Part shown: positions 7,085-17,900 of the stretch, one piece after another | How the letters are laid out: every line of letters starts with the position of its first letter | How positions within the stretch are numbered: the first letter of the stretch is position 1 | Assembly: GCA_036170245.1 (NCBI GenBank) | Contig: JAVHOV010000012.1 | Span: 1 to 19,698 of the forward strand | From: an archaeon | GTDB taxonomy: Archaea; Iainarchaeota; Iainarchaeia; Iainarchaeales; JAAZKV01 | Length of the DNA: 19,698 bases | Reading direction: 5' to 3' | Program-made: the position numbers and the translations under genes | Notes under the pieces: generated by a model | What the model was told of the DNA's origin: nothing | The model's input: only the letters and a program-made list of their open reading frames with translations | Database searches by the model: none

Positions 7085-9616
7085 ATGGGAAAACAATTTT
7101 TTTCTAAGAATATTTTTCATTTTAGTTTCTTTTTAATTGCATTAATTTTACTAATTTGTCCTACTTATGCAATTCTTCAAAATGGTTCAATAAATATTTT
7201 TGCAGTAACTGAAGACAATAAGGGAATGGCTGCAGAACTTTATATGTACACAATTTTAGGAACAGGAAAATCAGCTTTTATTACTTCAAATTCTTTGGTC
7301 GGAAAAGATACTCAAACAACAGGAAACATTGCACTTGCAATTGCTCAAAAAGAAACAGGAGTAAGTTTAGGGGACAAAGATATTATTTTTGATATAAGAG
7401 CAAATGCTTCTGAGGTTGATGGTCCTTCAGCAGGGGCAGCAATGACTCTTCTTTCTTATTCAATGTTTTCAGAAAAACCTCTTCAAGCAAAAATAGGTTT
7501 GACAGGCACAATTAATTCAGATGGTACAATTGGAATGGTTGGTGGAGTTGGTCCAAAATCAGTTGCTGCAAGCAAAGCAGGAATAAAATTATTTATGATT
7601 CCAAATGGAGAAGCAGTTGCTGATATTCAAGATGGAAAAGACATTCAGACAGTAAACTTGCTGGAATATGGTCCGCAAAAATTGGGAATGAAAGTAGTTG
7701 AAGTTGCAAATATAAAACAAGCAATTGAATATGCTTATTCAAATATTGAAGATATTGTAGTTGATTCAAATTCTTCAACTCAAGTATTTATTCCAAATTC
7801 AATTAGTTACGAGCCTGTTCTAATTCCAATGGTAAGTATTTCAAAGAGTTATATTGATGATGCAAAAATAGTTGTTGATGAATCAAAAAAAGCACTTGAT
7901 GAAAGCGGGTTAAGCGAAAAAATACTGGCTGACTTTTACCAGAAGTACAGCGAAGCTAAGAAGAATGTGGAACTTGCAAAGAGATTTTTAGATCAAAATT
8001 ATTTGTATTCTTCAGCAAATTATGCATTTAATGCAAGGGTTCTTGCAGGAACCATTAAAGAGATTGCCCAAAATCCTTCAATGCTTACAAGTGATGCAGT
8101 AATACTTTCAAAAGTATCTGTACTGAAAAAGGAGCTTGAAACCCAAAAAGCCAAGTCAAATTATATTCCTCTTAATGAATTTGAATGGATTATTGGTGCA
8201 CAGCAAAGATTAGCTTATGCAGAAAATGCTTTAAATGAAATAACTTCTACAGTAATAATTCCTGATGATACTCCCCTTACTGATGCACAGAAAGAATTAG
8301 TTCAACAAAATTTGCAATATGGAAAAGTTTATGATTATGTTTCTGCTCAAGCATGGATTAGTGTTTCAAATGATTTTATAGATCAAGCTAGTAAAGATTC
8401 AGAAAAAGCAGTTGTTTTTTACACTCCTGAATTTAGGGAATTAGTCAACAAGAAGGTTTCTGAAACTAAGCAATTGCTAAAAGATTCAAACTCTTCTAAT
8501 TCAATTTATGAAGATGCTACAAGGAGATACCAATCAGCATTAATTTCAATGGACAATAATTTTCTGTTGGCTGCTTTGTATGATGCTTATTTTTCTGAAT
8601 CCTTTGTAATGGCTGAAACAAATAGACAATTTATTTCAGAAGACAAATTGTTTAATTTAATTCAAGCTGATGTCAATGCCGGTTCAAAATCCGACTCTGT
8701 TTGGGCAAACTTGTTCTTTGATTATGCAAAGTTCTATTATGAGAATGCTTTGTTTAACAAAAAACTTCAACGAGCTGAAGAGTATACTCAAAGTTTAGAA
8801 ACAAGTTATGATTTATTGTTTTTAAGCAAGAATCTTTCAAACGTAAAAGAAATAGTTTCAGAATATGTTAGTTTTACTACTTTTGATACTTACAAAGAAG
8901 AGGAGCCTGTAGTTGAAGTAAAGTATACAAGAGTAGTTGACTCTTCGCAGGTTCTTTTGATTGGAATTCTTTTACTTGCAATTTTGCTTTTGGTAATAAT
9001 TTTGATAATAGGAATTGCTTCTAGAGCAACAAGGCAAAGTTTAACTTACTCTTCAAGAAAAGATAAATTAAAATTAGTTTTAGGCAATCTTGACAAAGCT
9101 TTATCAAGCAAGAAAGTTTCGGATGCAGAATATTTCTTTATGAAGAAAAGATATGAGGACGAACTTTCAAAGAACAGCGATTTAAATGAAGCCCGAAACA
9201 GAAGTGGAGTAAAATTATCTATTGAGGACTTAAGGGCAAAAGAAAGGGCTTTGGAATCAGCTTTGGTTGATCTTAAGCGACATTTCAAAGAAGGATTGAT
9301 AATTCCTGAGGATTATGAACACAACAACAGGCAGCTTGTAAGCGAACTTGATGACATAAAGCTTGACATAAAACAAATACAAACAGATCTTCATGAGCAA
9401 AGAAGAGAAAAATCAACTTTCTCAAAAATAATTTCGAAATTCAAAAAGAATAAAGATGAATTGAAAGGAACTGAAGAACTTGTTGAAGAAGAAGCGAAAG
9501 ACGAACAGAAAGAAAAAGTAAAAAGGAAAAAGATTCTAAGAAGATTTGCTTATGCCAAAAACAAGAAGAAAGAAGATTCTAAAGAAGTTAAATCATCTAA
9601 ATTAGGGTTTGATTAA
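7085..9616 (+). CDS. Secreted, membrane-anchored Lon-type (S16) serine protease without AAA+ domain
   Basis: Signal-peptide-like N-terminus; DGPSAG catalytic Ser with Lys 43 residues later (GGVGPK); long helical region; TM helix at about 8951-9019; charged cytoplasmic tail. Confidence 0.88.
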   Translation: MGKQFFSKNIFHFSFFLIALILLICPTYAILQNGSINIFAVTEDNKGMAAELYMYTILGTGKSAFITSNSLVGKDTQTTGNIALAIAQKETGVSLGDKDIIFDIRANASEVDGPSAGAAMTLLSYSMFSEKPLQAKIGLTGTINSDGTIGMVGGVGPKSVAASKAGIKLFMIPNGEAVADIQDGKDIQTVNLLEYGPQKLGMKVVEVANIKQAIEYAYSNIEDIVVDSNSSTQVFIPNSISYEPVLIPMVSISKSYIDDAKIVVDESKKALDESGLSEKILADFYQKYSEAKKNVELAKRFLDQNYLYSSANYAFNARVLAGTIKEIAQNPSMLTSDAVILSKVSVLKKELETQKAKSNYIPLNEFEWIIGAQQRLAYAENALNEITSTVIIPDDTPLTDAQKELVQQNLQYGKVYDYVSAQAWISVSNDFIDQASKDSEKAVVFYTPEFRELVNKKVSETKQLLKDSNSSNSIYEDATRRYQSALISMDNNFLLAALYDAYFSESFVMAETNRQFISEDKLFNLIQADVNAGSKSDSVWANLFFDYAKFYYENALFNKKLQRAEEYTQSLETSYDLLFLSKNLSNVKEIVSEYVSFTTFDTYKEEEPVVEVKYTRVVDSSQVLLIGILLLAILLLVIILIIGIASRATRQSLTYSSRKDKLKLVLGNLDKALSSKKVSDAEYFFMKKRYEDELSKNSDLNEARNRSGVKLSIEDLRAKERALESALVDLKRHFKEGLIIPEDYEHNNRQLVSELDDIKLDIKQIQTDLHEQRREKSTFSKIISKFKKNKDELKGTEELVEEEAKDEQKEKVKRKKILRRFAYAKNKKKEDSKEVKSSKLGFD

Positions 9617-9651
9617 ATTAAGAAAATTAAGAATTTTTTGAATGATTAGTT

Positions 9652-12600
9652 TTACTGCTGTTTGGTTTCATTATCAAAAGCTTCTTCTTCATTTTCATTC
9701 ACTTTTGATTTGTAACTCTCGCTCTCTTTAAGCTCTTCATCTTTAGTGTTCTTTAATTTTAATCCAATTACAGAACTGTCATCCTTTCCTCTTGCGACCC
9801 CAATTATTTGATCTGCTTTCTTAGTGATAACATCATTATGTGTAATTGCAATGAACTGGCTCTTTTCAGCAATCTTTTCAATTAAGTTACTCATCTTTAA
9901 TGAGTTTTCCTTATCAAGCGCTGCATCAGCTTCATCAAATGCATAGAATGGTGCTGGATGATATAATTGAATTGCAAACATAAATGCTAGTGCGGTTAGA
10001 GTTTTTTCTCCGCCACTCATTGAATCAATGTTTAACAGTTTTCCTGCTTTGTGCTTTGCATCAATTATTAATCCTGATTCAAGAGGCTTATCTGGGCTTG
10101 CAAAACTCAAATTACCCTCTCCGTGGAAAAACTTAAAGAAAATTTCCTTAAAGTTCTTGTTAACTTCATTAAAGCAATCCATGAATACGCCAGTTCTCTT
10201 AACTTCGATTTTATCAATCATATCAAGCACTGCAAGTCTTTCCTCAGTCAGCTTATTTGCTTTATTTTGTATATCATCAACTTCTTTCTTTAGTTCATTA
10301 AAATTATCAACCGCTTTAAGGTTAATCGCACCTATTTCATTTAGCTTCTTTTCTATAAAAATTATTTTTTCCTTACATTCTTCAAGACTCTTTGAAGTAT
10401 AAGGTGCGATTCCATCAAACTCTTTCTTTTCTTCATTCAAATCGTTTTGTCTAACGCCAATTTTACCTTTTTCCATATTGAATTCATTTATTCTAAATTC
10501 AATCTTCTTTACTTTCCCAGAATCGTTCCAAACTTCCTTCTCAAATTTGTCAATCTTCTTATCTTGATATTCTTTTTCATCAGCAAGAATTGCATTTTTC
10601 TTCTTTGCCTCGATTAATTCCTTCTCTTTTGCAACAACAATTGCTTTCATTTCTTCAATATTCTTCTCTTTTTCATTAATTTCCTTATTAAACTCTTTAA
10701 TTTCTTCCTGCAGGGCGTTATTCTCAAAAGCGGCGTCATCTTCTCTGGCTGAAATGCTTTCAAGTCTTGATTTTATTTCATTCAGAGTTGATTCAGTAGA
10801 GTTCTTATTATGTAGAAGTATGTCGCTAGTTTTACTTGTGCTTGAATATTCTTCAAATATATTTTGCTTTCTTAATTCGTGCAAAATATTTTTTGCATCA
10901 TTAAGTTCATTAGTAAGGGTATTTACTTTTGCTTGGGCTGTTTCTCTTTTCTTAAGTTCAGCTTCTATTCCCTTTGCATCCAAATCATTCTTTAATTCGT
11001 TTTTTCTTTTATTTAGTTCCTCAATTCTTGTCAAAATGTTTCTTTCCTGAAGTATTTCAGCACTGATTTTTGAGATTAATACAATTCTTTCCTTTTCTTC
11101 AACTACTTTCTTTTTTATTTCTTCAATTAGGCCCAAATGTTCTGCCTCTTTTTTAGCAAACTCTTTCATTAAAGATTCTTTTTGGGCAATTAAACTCAAT
11201 TTTTTATCTTCTTTTAATTGAGAATCACAAGTAGGGCACTGGGAAGAAGCTTTCTTTAATTCACTAACTCCTTTTTCTTCGTGTAATCTTCTACTCAAAA
11301 AAGAGCTTTTTTCTTCAAACAATTGTGAAAGTTTCTTCTCAAGAGCGTTTAATTCTTTTTCAGGATTCTTGTCCAAGTGCAAGTTAAGTACTTTCTTTTT
11401 TTCTTCAATTTTTTGCATTTCACTGGTTAAGTTCTGTTCTTCACCCAAAAGTTCAGATAATTTCTTCTCATTAAACACTTTTTGTTTTTCCCAGTTTCTT
11501 GCAAATACTTCTAAATCAAACGATTCTTTCCTCAATCTTTCAAGCTCTTTTTCAATTTCTTCAACTTTAATTTCTCTCTTTTGAAGTTCAACATTCTTGT
11601 CTCTGACAATTGTTTCAAGCTGTGCTTTCTTTTTTACTATTTCACTTATTTCACTCTCAATTCTCTTTTTTTCACTTTCAAATTTAATAAGTTTTTCTTC
11701 CAATTCTTTCTTTTCAGTTATTGTCTGTTTTATTGCCTTATTATTTGATTCAATCTTTTCATTATTTTTTGAAATTTGTTTTTTGCTTAAATCAATCTTT
11801 TCTTGTTCTAAGGAAAGTTTTGCTTTCTTTTCTTCAAACTCTCTTCCGATTGTAGTGTAGGTGTGTTCAGAAGCTTTAATCATTTGATTAGCAAGTTCCT
11901 CTGATTTAGCTTTTGATTCCAAAAGTTCTTTTCTGTTTTGAATAATTCTTTCGTCAAGCGTATTCTTTTCAGTATTCATTTTGGTAAGTTCATTGTCAAG
12001 ATCCAAAACCTTCTTTTCCAATGTATAAAGTTCTTTTTCAAGAATAGTTGCTTTAGTTCTCTTTCTTTCTTCTTCAAGCTCCTTAAACTCTTTAGCTGCT
12101 TTCATTTCATCTTCAAGATCAACTAAAAATTCGTTTCTTTCGTTAAGAATGATTGTTGCTTCCTTTATTCTTGAATCAACTTTATCAAGTTCTTTAATTG
12201 CCTCTTCTTTTTTAGCATCAAATTCGCTAAGGCCTGCAATAGAATCAATTATTTCTCTTCGCTGGACTGAAGACATTTCTATAATCCTTGTTATATCTCC
12301 TTGGGTAACAATATTGTGCCCTTCAACATCAATCCCAAGTTCAACTAAAAGGGAACTTATCTCATTTAAAGTAGTTCTTTTTCCATCTAACCTATAAACA
12401 CTTTTTCCTTGCTTGTCAATCATTCTGCTTATTTCGTACTGTTTATCATTATCCTTAAGAAGTAAATCAACTTTAGCATAATTTTCTTTAGCATTGTTAT
12501 TGACTAAATCAGTCAGTTTTCCTGCTCTAAGTGTTTTTAGTGAAGTTATCCCTAAAACAAAAAGGAGTGCATCAAGAGTATTACTTTTTCCAGAACCATT

Positions 12601-12696
12601 TGATCCAACAATTGCAGAAAAACCATTGCTGATAGGTATCTCCGCCTTTTTGAAAGATTTGAAATTCTTTAAAGAAAGCTTTACTAGCCTAGTCAT
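9652..12696 (-). CDS. smc: SMC-family ATPase with central CxxC motif and no recognisable hinge
   Basis: NFKSF, Walker A GSNGSGKS, LRA arginine finger, Q-loop VTQGD, GAINLKA, signature MSGGEK, Walker B/D-loop FDEADAALD, ITH; long coiled coils. Confidence 0.92.
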   Translation of the reverse strand: MTRLVKLSLKNFKSFKKAEIPISNGFSAIVGSNGSGKSNTLDALLFVLGITSLKTLRAGKLTDLVNNNAKENYAKVDLLLKDNDKQYEISRMIDKQGKSVYRLDGKRTTLNEISSLLVELGIDVEGHNIVTQGDITRIIEMSSVQRREIIDSIAGLSEFDAKKEEAIKELDKVDSRIKEATIILNERNEFLVDLEDEMKAAKEFKELEEERKRTKATILEKELYTLEKKVLDLDNELTKMNTEKNTLDERIIQNRKELLESKAKSEELANQMIKASEHTYTTIGREFEEKKAKLSLEQEKIDLSKKQISKNNEKIESNNKAIKQTITEKKELEEKLIKFESEKKRIESEISEIVKKKAQLETIVRDKNVELQKREIKVEEIEKELERLRKESFDLEVFARNWEKQKVFNEKKLSELLGEEQNLTSEMQKIEEKKKVLNLHLDKNPEKELNALEKKLSQLFEEKSSFLSRRLHEEKGVSELKKASSQCPTCDSQLKEDKKLSLIAQKESLMKEFAKKEAEHLGLIEEIKKKVVEEKERIVLISKISAEILQERNILTRIEELNKRKNELKNDLDAKGIEAELKKRETAQAKVNTLTNELNDAKNILHELRKQNIFEEYSSTSKTSDILLHNKNSTESTLNEIKSRLESISAREDDAAFENNALQEEIKEFNKEINEKEKNIEEMKAIVVAKEKELIEAKKKNAILADEKEYQDKKIDKFEKEVWNDSGKVKKIEFRINEFNMEKGKIGVRQNDLNEEKKEFDGIAPYTSKSLEECKEKIIFIEKKLNEIGAINLKAVDNFNELKKEVDDIQNKANKLTEERLAVLDMIDKIEVKRTGVFMDCFNEVNKNFKEIFFKFFHGEGNLSFASPDKPLESGLIIDAKHKAGKLLNIDSMSGGEKTLTALAFMFAIQLYHPAPFYAFDEADAALDKENSLKMSNLIEKIAEKSQFIAITHNDVITKKADQIIGVARGKDDSSVIGLKLKNTKDEELKESESYKSKVNENEEEAFDNETKQQ

Positions 12697-12702
12697 TTGT
12701 AT

Positions 12703-13467
12703 TCACTGTTTAGAGTAAAAATAATTTGTGATTGCGACAATAAAGTATAGACTAGTAAATATTTCGCCGATTGCAAGAATGATTAACTCTAAAACATTGC
12801 CTGCTATAAGTGATGAAATATATGCAATCAAGTTTCCTGCTAAAAGTGAAACTATTGCAACCAAAATTAAATACAAAGTAGCTTTCCAAAATCTCTTTTC
12901 AGTAAATTTCCATGATTTAGCAAATGCTTCTTTTACTTCATTTTCGCTTAATGCAGGAATAACAAATACTGTTTTTACAATTATTACAAATAAAATAATC
13001 ATGAAAAGTATAAATAAGATTAATCCGATTAAATCGCTAATTCCTGTTATTACTCCAATTATTGTTAAAATAAGTAATGCAAATAAAAAAGCTCCCCAAA
13101 ATACAATTGTAACTCCGATTGCTTTTCTAATTTCCATCATTGATTCATTAATTGCAGGAATTAATTTAGTTCCTTGTGCAATTTTTGCAGTGCTAATAAA
13201 TGCAATTACTCCTAAAGCAGTCATCAAGAAAGCCATTAATATTGCAGACAAAATTTCAACAGGGTATTGTGTCAGAAAAACACTCATAATAGTTTCGCTT
13301 GGAAATAAATCTGGGTAAAGAGTAATGTCAATCAGAGGGGCCTGTAAAATAAGACTCATTGCTTGAGTTACAGCCAAAGAAATTAGCATCATTCCTAAAA
13401 GAGGAATCCAAACTTTTAGCTTAAAGATTAATTGTAAAAAACTAGTAACTAAATTTGAAACTATCAT
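12703..13467 (-). CDS. Multi-pass membrane protein (about 6 TM), probably co-transcribed with smc
   Basis: 254-aa hydrophobic ORF with EAFAKSWKFT motif; stop lies 6 nt before the smc start. Confidence 0.85.
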   Translation of the reverse strand: MIVSNLVTSFLQLIFKLKVWIPLLGMMLISLAVTQAMSLILQAPLIDITLYPDLFPSETIMSVFLTQYPVEILSAILMAFLMTALGVIAFISTAKIAQGTKLIPAINESMMEIRKAIGVTIVFWGAFLFALLILTIIGVITGISDLIGLILFILFMIILFVIIVKTVFVIPALSENEVKEAFAKSWKFTEKRFWKATLYLILVAIVSLLAGNLIAYISSLIAGNVLELIILAIGEIFTSLYFIVAITNYFYSKQ

Positions 13468-13674
13468 TTTTCCAGACTCCCCAAAACTTGAAATATTAAG
13501 TAAATGATATTTAAATTACTTTGTGTTGGAATAAAAAATTGATTAATGGTTGAATTATTAATTAAAAATTACTGCAAAAAAATATTTTTTAAAACCTGAT
13601 TTTTACAAATTTTAACCCCTCTACCAACCTTTTAAAACCTTCTCCTTTACTTTTTCTTTATTACTGGTGAGTTT

Positions 13675-13953
13675 ATGAAAGTACCAAAAGACAAGAAGCT
13701 TTATTGTAAAAAATGCAAAAAGCACACTAAGCACAAATTGAAAGAGTGGAAAGCTGCTGCAAAGAGAACAATGGCTGCAGGAAACAGAAGACACGAGAGA
13801 AACACTGCTCATGGATATATGGGTAAATACAAATTTGTTGTTTTTGTTAAGAAACAAAATAAAGTGCCAACATTCATCGCTGAATGTGTTGATTGTAAGC
13901 AAAAAATACCTTATTCTTTAGGAAAGAGAATGAAGAAAGTAACTCAACAGTGA
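13675..13953 (+). CDS. rpl44e: 50S ribosomal protein eL42 (L44e)
   Basis: MKVPK..YCKKCKKHTKH and ECVDC zinc ribbon; GGTGA RBS. Confidence 0.93.
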   Translation: MKVPKDKKLYCKKCKKHTKHKLKEWKAAAKRTMAAGNRRHERNTAHGYMGKYKFVVFVKKQNKVPTFIAECVDCKQKIPYSLGKRMKKVTQQ

Positions 13954-14098
13954 TTGGGTTATTTTCATTTTATTTTTTTTCTTTTTTTATATTTTTTTAA
14001 TTCTTTGCCTGATTTTAAAATGCCTTAGTTTATTTTAAAAAAAGTTCATTTCCTTTGAATGATGAAGTTTATTATACTCCTTTGCTTTTATTTATTTT

Positions 14099-14929
14099 AT
14101 GACACTGAACAATTCAATTCTTCTTTTGATAAAACAGCATCCTGGAATTGATTACAATGATTTGTACGCAAAAATTGCTTCGCGTTACAAGAATCCTGCT
14201 TCAGCAAAATCTGCATTAATGCGCGGGCTAAAGGATATGAGTTCGTTTGGTTTGATTAAAAGGGAAGGAACAAAACTCTTGATTACTGATAAGGGTTTAT
14301 CTTCAATGAGTATTGAAATGAAGGACAAATTGGTTTTGAAGCTAAATTTGGAAATGAAAAAGCCTCTTGATAATTTGGATAATATAGTGAAGTTCTTGGT
14401 AATTTTGTCTCAAAGAGGGGGACAGGATAAGGATTTATTGAACAACGCAAAGGAAAATGCTTCGTTTACCATAAATGATATTATTGAACTTAGAAAAGAT
14501 CTAAGAGCTAGAAGAAAATACTTAAAAAAAATGGGTGAGCTTTTAGAACAACAGATTGAAAAACTAAAGGAACTTGATTTCAATGATTCTTCAATTCTGA
14601 CTTTTGATGAAAGTTTTACGGAAAAAATAATTGATTATTGTGGAGGTAGAAAAATTTCTGCCGAGATTAAAGATGAAACCTTGCTATCAAAAATACCAAT
14701 TCATTGGATAAAGCAAGGGATTACTTCAGTTGAGGGGGAAAATATTCCTTTAGTTATTCAGCTTCTATTAGGTTCTCCTTCTACAAAAGCAGTTCTTTAT
14801 TTGCCTAGCATTAAAATTAGTATAATGGCAGGAAAGGCAACTATTTTTGGTCCGCATAAAGTAGTTCAGGAAATAATTTTTCAAAATCAGTTAAATGATC
14901 TTCTATTGGAACCGAGTTTGGAAAAATAG
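14099..14929 (+). CDS. Hypothetical protein with N-terminal winged helix-turn-helix
   Basis: ILLLIKQHPGIDYNDL...LKDMSSFGLIKR..LLITDKG is a typical wHTH pattern; TATA-like TTTATTA upstream. Confidence 0.75.
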   Translation: MTLNNSILLLIKQHPGIDYNDLYAKIASRYKNPASAKSALMRGLKDMSSFGLIKREGTKLLITDKGLSSMSIEMKDKLVLKLNLEMKKPLDNLDNIVKFLVILSQRGGQDKDLLNNAKENASFTINDIIELRKDLRARRKYLKKMGELLEQQIEKLKELDFNDSSILTFDESFTEKIIDYCGGRKISAEIKDETLLSKIPIHWIKQGITSVEGENIPLVIQLLLGSPSTKAVLYLPSIKISIMAGKATIFGPHKVVQEIIFQNQLNDLLLEPSLEK

Positions 14930-14933
14930 TGTT

Positions 14934-17900
14934 TCATTCCAAAAGTGATTTTACTGGTCTTCCATTAATTGCATCAATTTGAACTATTCTTTCTTCGCCA
15001 GTTTTCTTCTTTAATACTCCTTCCCAAACAGGTAGGAATAAGTGGGTAATTTCCTTAACTGCAACATTTCCCCATAACTTCTTAAGTAATTCAGGAATTT
15101 CTTTTTCGCTCATGATTGGCTGTATTAGTATTGCTGAATCAACTTCAGTAATTGGTCTCTTTCCAATACTTGGCAGAATTTCGTGTAGTGGTGTGGGAGG
15201 AAGTTCCATTTCAATTTTTCCTGGAGCAAAGATTTCATTCTTTCTATCATCAATAAACTTTGCAATCAATCCTTTTTTTGCCAAGGTTTCAAGTACTCTT
15301 TTAGCATTTCCTTCTTCCATTCTCATAAGTGCAGCAGTTTCTTTAGCAGTTCTCTTTTTTTCAGCAATCAATTTTAGAACAGTTGTTTCAGCTTCGCTTA
15401 AATCAAGGAAAATTGGGAGACCCTTACTTTCTTTTAGAGTTCCGCGGTCATCATGAATAAATTCTCCTGTTAAAGAATCAATGAATGCTTCTCCTTCATG
15501 GAAAGCATCTTTGTGACTGAAGTACTTGTATCTAACTTTGTATATTTGTGCATGTTTCAAAGTAAGTCTGTCCAAAATTTCGTTATCAAGGAAGAGGAAT
15601 TTCTTTTCAGCCATTCCCAGTAATAATTTTCTTGCCTGCGGTTCTTCTATTACTTGTTTTAGTGCAGTAAGTTCAACTCTTTCCTCAATTTCATTCAAAT
15701 CGTTTTCAAATTCAAGAACATCTTTTGGCAGTTTCTTTTGTCCTTTTGGATTTGCCACTGCTTCTTTTTCAACTTCTGGATTCTGATCAGCTTCAAGCTC
15801 CATTTCTTTTTCTTTCTCTGCTTTAGCTTCTTCCTCAATTTCTTCAAGAACTTCTTTTGTAAAAACTTTTCCTTCTTTTTCAACAATACCATTTTTGTTT
15901 AACATATCCATTACTGTTGCAAGTTGAATTGATTTCTTGTAAGTGTTGTTTAATGTATCAATAGTTTCCTGCACACTTTCTGTTCTAATACTTGGATCTT
16001 TCTCAAGTTGTCTCTTTACAATATTGACTGCCAGGTTCTCAACTTTGTCAGTATCCATTTCCTGTTTTACTTCAACAGTTTCTGCATCTCTTCCTTCGTG
16101 CTGACTCATTCTTGGTCGAATGTTCATTACAAATGCTCTTGAAGTTGTCTCGCTTCTATCTCCAGTTAATGCAGTTCCAACTGGAAGAGTTTTAATGAAG
16201 TTAGACTTTCTATAAGCTCCGGGAACAATTGTTGGAGTTCTTTTGTAAATCGCTTTAATATCATCATCAAAAACTAACTTATGTGCCATGATTACATCAA
16301 GTTGACTTAAAACTCTTGAATCAATTGCACTTGGCTGCTGGGTAGCAAATACTAACGAGCACCCTGGTCTTCTTCCTTGTTTTACATACTCAACTAAAGC
16401 ACTACTTGCAGGAGTTTTAGCATTTCCTCCAGGAATTAGTGTATGTGCTTCATCAATGAATAACCATGTGGGAGGAATGTTTAATTCAACAAGCTCCGTA
16501 ATATCGGCTTCTGTTTCAAATTGTCCAGCAGCTTCTCTTCTTGTACCAAGTTTTCTTGCTGCAAGTATTCTTCTAGCAAATATTCCTACAACTAGTGCAC
16601 TGACAGAATCGTCCAAGAAACTTGTATCAAGAATAGTCATTTGTCCTGCTCTTGAGAGTAGTCCTAAAGAAGTTCCTTTGTCATCAAAAATTCCCCAATT
16701 CTTTGCAGCATCAAATCTACTTACAAGCGCTCTGATTGAATCTGCCTTGTATCCTTTTTCCTTATCATTTAATTCAGCATCATCTTCAAAGCATTTTACT
16801 AAATCATTTAGTGAGAAAGTGTTTTGTTTTCCTCTAATTTCTCTTGTTCCATCAATGCTAGTGTAACCTGATTTAACTTTTGCAATTCCTTTCTCCATTA
16901 ATAATCCTGTTGGGGAAAATCTGTCAATTCCAAAAGTCAAGCACCAATCTTCAGCAGTTAGTAAAGATGGTTGAATTGAGAACACTGCATCATAAGTGCT
17001 TTTAGGAACAGAATCTTTCATTCCAACTGGAATGAAAACTTTAATGTTGTCAAGGCCTCGAGGCATCATGTCCCATTTTGCCAAAAGTTCAAGTTCTTTA
17101 GCTTCTTTATTTGGGTGCTTCATTGACCAAAATACCCCAATTGGATCAACTACCACAATTCCAACGTTTTTGTTTTTAATTGCAAGTTCTTCAGCAACAA
17201 CACCTAAAACATATGATTTACCGCTCCCTCTTGCACCGCAGACAAACACAACGTGGGGATTTAATCCATCAAGATAAACATCAGTTCCTTCTTTGTCTTT
17301 CTCTTTAACTCTTCCAACATAAAGCCCGCCTTCTTCACCGTATTGTGCCAAAACACTTTTCTTTCTTCCAATATATGCGTGTCCAGTTTTTGCTGTTAAA
17401 AATTCCAAAGATGGTTTTATTTTTCCATCACTACTTGTTTCTTCATTCTCTTCATCTTGCGGCAATTGTGCTCTTGGCATTTTTCTTTTGTCATCATTTT
17501 CCTCTTCACTTTCATCATTATTTTTTTCTTTAATCTCTACTCCTTCTTCCCTTGTTCCTTCTTCGCGCAGCATTGCATCAGCCATTTCATCATGAGTTTC
17601 TTCTCCATGAGGAACATTTTCATTTAATCTAACTTTGTTTAATTTTACTTCTTGCTTTGCACTCATCATTGCTTTATTTTTTATTACACTTTTGATAATT
17701 GTTCTTTCAATTGGCAAAGGTTTACTTTCCTCTTCTTCCTCATCAATAATAACCTTCAAATCTAATTTTCCGCCGTAACCTTTTCCTTCTTTCTTCAAAT
17801 TCTTTTTAGCTGGGTCTTCTGCTCCTTTAATTGATTTTTCAAGCCCGTCTTCTACAATACTTTCAAAATTATTTTTAGTATTAGTTTTCTTTTTTCCGCC

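Noticed and set aside
9652..12696. Calling the SMC protein Rad50 because of the CxxC motif
   Set aside because: Head motifs (DEADAALD, PAPFY, GAINLKA) are Smc-type rather than Rad50-type (DEPT..LD), and no mre11 is adjacent
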